A stretch of DNA of 64,000 bases from positions 32,001 to 96,000 of the forward strand of contig CAVSHR010000002.1 in the NCBI GenBank assembly GCA_963727625.1, in the 5' to 3' direction. The translations under genes and the position numbers were made by a program. Shown one piece after another: positions 59,709 through 64,000 of this stretch (positions are counted from its first letter, which is position 1; every line of letters begins with the position of its first letter). The notes under the pieces are model-generated. The model had not been told where the DNA came from and did no database searches. It saw only the letters and a list, made by a program, of their open reading frames with translations. The stretch is from an uncultured delta proteobacterium. GTDB taxonomy: Bacteria > Desulfobacterota > Binatia > UBA9968.

Positions 59709-60011
59709 TTGAGGTGCTCGTTTTGTAATAAGACGCAGAATGAGGTGAGCAAACTTATAGCCGGACCAAAGGCGCATATTTGCGAAGAGTGTGTGGACCG
59801 TAGCATCGATATCCTTAAAGAAGAACTCAGTAAGAAACCTCAGGACTGTCTGCTTTGTGGTTTGACCAAGGAGCTTCAGGAGATGACGCGCTTTCCAGGC
59901 CGAGGATCCATCTGCAGCCCTTGTCTCGACGAAATTCGAGCTGTGATTGAGCATTTGAACGCGCAGAATCAGAGAACGTTCCAGGAACAGTTTTTTAAGG
60001 TTTACCTTTAG
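59709..60011 (+). CDS. Stand-alone ClpX C4-type zinc-finger protein with a second Zn finger
   Basis: CSFC.K...V.KLIAG..AHICEEC, then CLLC...ICSPC. Confidence 0.75.
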   Translation: MRCSFCNKTQNEVSKLIAGPKAHICEECVDRSIDILKEELSKKPQDCLLCGLTKELQEMTRFPGRGSICSPCLDEIRAVIEHLNAQNQRTFQEQFFKVYL

Positions 60012-60038
60012 CGCGTCACTCCTAGTGATCTATTGCAT

Positions 60039-60935
60039 ATGCGATTACTCCGTTTGATCGTGCTTATGAGCGCAGTGTTGGGAGGATCAGCCCTCGCCCT
60101 CCAGAATCGCGGTAAAACCGACGTTCTCGATGTTCACCGGCTGCCGCTCGGTGATGGCTGGGTCAGCAGCGCTCCGGAGCGAGGGTCGGTCATGTCGTGC
60201 AGGACGCGCTTCCGTCAGGGCGGCGCCCGGCATGCAGGGCCCTGGATACAGGGCGACACCTGGGATCTCACCAAGAAGCTGACAGTACTCGGGCGTGTGA
60301 TCTGGCCGGAGGCGGAGTTCGCGATCGCGACCCGCGACACCGGCCGGGTCGCCGCGCGGGTCATTACCGGCAACGGCTTGCCGGTGGGGGCGCCAACCGG
60401 ACAGTTTCCCATTGCGCGGAGCGATCCGGCTTTCCAAATCGATCGCAATCCGAACCCTATTGAGCCGCAGAACGTGCTGCTTACCCTGGCGCTCGTTCCC
60501 GCACCCGCCGGGTCGCCCTCGTGCGTGCCGATGGGGATGATCGGTGTTGCACTCAACGGCGTCGCGATCTTCAATGCGCTCGATGATGCCGGGCACGATG
60601 CGGTGGCGCACGAGGTCCAGGATCTCTGCACTGGTCATCCACAGATGCGCGGCGAGTACCACTATCACGGACCCAGTCCGTGCCTACCGGGCGCGACGGC
60701 CAATGAGACGCTCATCGGTTACGCGATCGATGGCTACGGCATCTATAGTAGTTACGACGCGAATGGTCGGGAACTCACCAACGCCGACCTCGACGAATGC
60801 CACGGGCGCCTAAGCACCGTCGAATGGGATGGCAAACGCGTTAGTCTCTATCATTACGTGCTGACGCGGGAATATCCGTACACGGTCGGCTGCTTTCGCG
60901 GCACGCCATCGCGGCGCCCGTTCGGCCGCCGGTAG
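60039..60935 (+). CDS. Secreted YHYH domain protein
   Basis: Signal peptide; GVALNGV, D.C.GHP, YHYH, IGYA.DG..IY, LDECHG, YHY. Confidence 0.88.
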   Translation: MRLLRLIVLMSAVLGGSALALQNRGKTDVLDVHRLPLGDGWVSSAPERGSVMSCRTRFRQGGARHAGPWIQGDTWDLTKKLTVLGRVIWPEAEFAIATRDTGRVAARVITGNGLPVGAPTGQFPIARSDPAFQIDRNPNPIEPQNVLLTLALVPAPAGSPSCVPMGMIGVALNGVAIFNALDDAGHDAVAHEVQDLCTGHPQMRGEYHYHGPSPCLPGATANETLIGYAIDGYGIYSSYDANGRELTNADLDECHGRLSTVEWDGKRVSLYHYVLTREYPYTVGCFRGTPSRRPFGRR

Positions 60936-61275
60936 CCGCGGTCGGTTGGAACGGCGCTCGGGCCTGTCCTGTAGATTAAGCGCCGAGATCTACGCAGGAA
61001 ATTGTCATTCGTCCGGGTACTGAATGCCAAGAAGAGGAATTAGAATCCAGACTCAAGTAAGACCCTGACCCCACACAGACCCTGATCGCTCAGACCAACA
61101 AGTCAATCTGGACAGGCCGGATGCGAAAGGCGTTTGCCCCGCTGATTACGTGGTAAATGGGTTTATCGATGACATGGAAAAAGACGGATTTTTGGCACTG
61201 TTCGGCAGCCTGTTAGGTACATCTGTTTAGCGGCGTCCAGGATTGTGGAAAAGCCTTGAAATTGGGAGGTGTACA

Positions 61276-61563
61276 ATGATCTACGAAGTGCGGTTTCAGA
61301 CGGTCGATCCGGAGCGGCGCAGCCAGTACGTGAAAATGTACAAGCAGGCGATCCAGGAGATTAAGCAAGCCGGCTGCCGCGGCGGTCAGATTTTGTGCAG
61401 TGAAAGCGATCCATCGAGCGTGATGGTGCTGCTGGAATGGGAGAGCAAGGAGCAGCATCAACGCTGGAGAGGGACCCCGCCGCATACGCGTTTCCGCGCC
61501 GCCGTCGGGGGTTGGCAGTCCACGCCCAGCCAGGGCGGTTATTACACGGCTGAGACGATTTAG
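61276..61563 (+). CDS. Antibiotic biosynthesis monooxygenase (ABM)-like protein
   Basis: GGAGG RBS; GC.GG, LEWESKE.H..W...P.H. Confidence 0.75.
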   Translation: MIYEVRFQTVDPERRSQYVKMYKQAIQEIKQAGCRGGQILCSESDPSSVMVLLEWESKEQHQRWRGTPPHTRFRAAVGGWQSTPSQGGYYTAETI

Positions 61564-61719
61564 TCGCGAAACTTGGCCTGACGAGGACGTGGCGGATTGC
61601 CGCTACAAAATCTATCCGAAATTGAAGCAGCAACCGCGGATACGGTATCCGAATCACGCGGGGCACTGAACGGAATTGGCGTAGGGGCGAGGTGTGAGCG
61701 AGCTTTGGGAAGCCTGGTG

Positions 61720-61920
61720 TTACGCATCCACGGCAAGCCCGGCCACCTGCTGCAACATCGCGTGATAGTTAGCGCGCTCTGAAAAGAGCTTCAAGTCGAA
61801 CTCTTTCTGCGTCACGATGCCCTTGTCGATCAAAATTTTCGCAACCACGTCAGCTGTCGCTAAGGCAGTAACCGTAAGTTCCTGCAGCGTGAGGATGCCG
61901 GTTTTGTCTAATTGGCCCAT
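61720..61920 (-). CDS. Small hypothetical protein
   Basis: AGGA before ATG; 66 aa with LIDKGIVTQKEF. Confidence 0.5.
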   Translation of the reverse strand: MGQLDKTGILTLQELTVTALATADVVAKILIDKGIVTQKEFDLKLFSERANYHAMLQQVAGLAVDA

Positions 61921-61975
61921 TTTACATTTCCTTTCTTGCGTTGAGTCGAATTGAGGGTAGTCTATGCCCACTCCA

Positions 61976-62518
61976 TTAAGTCAGCGGATCCTTGCCGCCG
62001 GGTACCGAGACGGCGAAGGCGTTGAGCGTCATGGCGACCATCGAGTAAAAGCCGATGGCGCTAACCAGCTCGACCATGACTTGCTCGCCGAACATCGCCA
62101 TGCCGCGTTGGTAGCTTGCCTCGGACAAGTTTCGGCTGGTGTTGAGCTCCATCGTGAGGTCGTAAGCCAGCCGTTCGTCTTCGCGGGTGAAGTCCGGCGT
62201 GCGCCGCTCGCGGATGGCCTGGACGATCTCGGGCGAGATACCGAACTTGATAGCATGGGGCTCATGGATAAACCATGCGTATTGCGCGCTGGACACTCGC
62301 GCCGCGACCAGGATCATCAATTCGAGCAAGCGCCGTTCGAGCTTTACTCGTGAAGCGAACATCTCCTGCAGCTTAAGCGTGTTTTCGCACAGCTCGGCAT
62401 TGCGCAGCCAGACAGCGAAGGGCCCGCGCATATGGCCGCGCTCGCGCATCATCCGGTCATAAATCGCATGTTGCTCGGGGTCGAGTCTTGTGGCGTCGAT
62501 TTCCGGTAGGCGGCTCAT
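61976..62518 (-). CDS. Carboxymuconolactone decarboxylase family protein (no CxxC)
   Basis: RLP, GPF..WL, ELMIL..AR, YAW..H, GFYSMVA..LN. Confidence 0.85.
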   Translation of the reverse strand: MSRLPEIDATRLDPEQHAIYDRMMRERGHMRGPFAVWLRNAELCENTLKLQEMFASRVKLERRLLELMILVAARVSSAQYAWFIHEPHAIKFGISPEIVQAIRERRTPDFTREDERLAYDLTMELNTSRNLSEASYQRGMAMFGEQVMVELVSAIGFYSMVAMTLNAFAVSVPGGKDPLT

Positions 62519-62607
62519 TGAATTTCCTCACGAATCGAGTCTTACGTGATATCGCTCACAGAGATTGAAAGGTTTCTCCAGTACAGTTTACAAATGGCCA
62601 ACAGTTA

Positions 62608-63672
62608 TCACTTGGGCTTGGCAACCGTCATCCACGGGTCCGGGCTGGCGGTCTTGTTGAGCGATTCGGCGAGCTCGCGCAGGTATTCTTCCTGTTCCTT
62701 GCCCTCGTACAGCGCCAGCGAGCCGTCGTTTTTGATCGGGATACCGCCGAAGAAATGAAAGGCGTGGCCGTCCCAGTCATAAAACTCGTCGCCGCGTTGA
62801 TAGATCTCCTTCCATTTGTAGCCGACCGGACTGCGGTGCAGGCCTGTTCGCGCGGGAAAATTGTCTTCCTTGTCGCGCGAATCGTTGAGATTCTCTTTTG
62901 CTCCGGCTTCTTCGGGAAGCCCTTCCCACATGCGCCGGTAGTTGGGAAAAAACTCCTCCTCGCGCACCGTCAACGCGGTGTGCATGTCCCACCAAGGGCT
63001 GTGGCCGGCGATGCGCTCGTCGAGCTGGTCGACCAATTTGTAGACGAGCCGATTGCCGGCACGCATGCGCAATACCAGGGTCCCCTCTGCGGTCTGCGAA
63101 GTACGCTCGACCGCCATGCCGCAGTATTTTTCGAAGAACGCCGCGGTGCGCGCCAGGTCGCGCGATCCGTAGACGGCGTGGCTGATGCGGCCGACGCCCT
63201 CGTCGGTGGCGATCTCCATGGCGCCTTCCGGCATTTTTACCGGCGCCCAGAATTCATACTGATTGCCGTCGGGGTCGGCGAAGTAGACGACCGTGCCTTC
63301 TTCGCCTTCGGCGGCGGTCTTGACCGGATCGCTGTGCGGAATCTTGTGCTGGTCGAGACGGCGCAGATGCCGGTCGATATCCTCGGACCGAATGTAAAAG
63401 CCGCAGCGCGGCATGTCTTCGCCCAACTTTTTGGTCGGCGGGTAGTTCTCGGGTTGAAGAAACGCGCCGATGCGGCACGAGCCGCCTTCCCACCACATGA
63501 AGCAGAAGATCGGCGTGTTCTTTTTTCGCATGTTAGTCGTGAGACCGTTGATCGGCCGGATCGGCAGGCCGGTGGCGTGAAGCGCCCAGTAGCTCCAGCC
63601 CGGCAAGTTGTTGGTGCCGATGACGTAGTGATCGATCCAGTGCACCGCGCCCTTGGGTTCTACGTTATTCAT
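62608..63672 (-). CDS. Two-domain VOC/glyoxalase family protein
   Basis: IDHYV, YFADPDGNQYE, ISHAV...DL, YDWDGH. Confidence 0.75.
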   Translation of the reverse strand: MNNVEPKGAVHWIDHYVIGTNNLPGWSYWALHATGLPIRPINGLTTNMRKKNTPIFCFMWWEGGSCRIGAFLQPENYPPTKKLGEDMPRCGFYIRSEDIDRHLRRLDQHKIPHSDPVKTAAEGEEGTVVYFADPDGNQYEFWAPVKMPEGAMEIATDEGVGRISHAVYGSRDLARTAAFFEKYCGMAVERTSQTAEGTLVLRMRAGNRLVYKLVDQLDERIAGHSPWWDMHTALTVREEEFFPNYRRMWEGLPEEAGAKENLNDSRDKEDNFPARTGLHRSPVGYKWKEIYQRGDEFYDWDGHAFHFFGGIPIKNDGSLALYEGKEQEEYLRELAESLNKTASPDPWMTVAKPK

Positions 63673-64000
63673 CTAAGATTCTCCTTCTGGTAAGCGTTCA
63701 AGTCACTCAAAAGACTTCGGTTGTTTCAACAGCTTACGACGTTTTAATTCTTCTATAACGTTTCAGTTGCGCAAGGCAAATGAAGACCGATAGCCATTCA
63801 AAGTCCAAAGGTTCCCGGCGTGTAAACTGTTTCAGTTGTTCGAAGGGCTCCAGACGGTCCACGCAGCCAAGCTCCGTCGAGCCGCCACAAGAGCCAGGGC
63901 GGCTAGCCGTTGAGCGCTTCCAATACATCCCGCAAACGTCGAGCAGGGTGTGCGACCCTATACAGAGGTCCAGTAAAGAAGGGAATCTAAGATCTCCCCG

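Overview
GC-rich bacterial chromosomal segment of about 55 CDS. It holds housekeeping genes (htpX, hflKC, dus, thrC, hrpB) plus many catabolic/redox enzymes and orphan NMT1/TauA-like substrate-binding proteins; this gene mix suggests a Binatia-like 'Deltaproteobacteria' organism (inference only). Signals the ORF track misses: (1) a tRNA-Asn(GUU) gene at 11006-11342 split inside the anticodon (position 35/36) by a 261-nt group I intron with recognisable P1, P4, P7 and omega-G; (2) two probable selenoproteins, a peroxiredoxin-like UxxC protein (14268-14822) and an AhpD/CMD-like CxxU protein (22008-22598), each with a hairpin 11 nt after the in-frame TGA, plus a speculative third UGA read-through that would fuse a Mo-hydroxylase to an OsmC-like domain; (3) two perfect 28-bp GTAG-type REP palindromes that contain gene stop codons, and a family of composite palindromic intergenic repeats; (4) several decaying genes (frameshifts, apparent internal deletions) and a probable CUG start codon. 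No CRISPR array, rRNA, transposase or integrase was seen.
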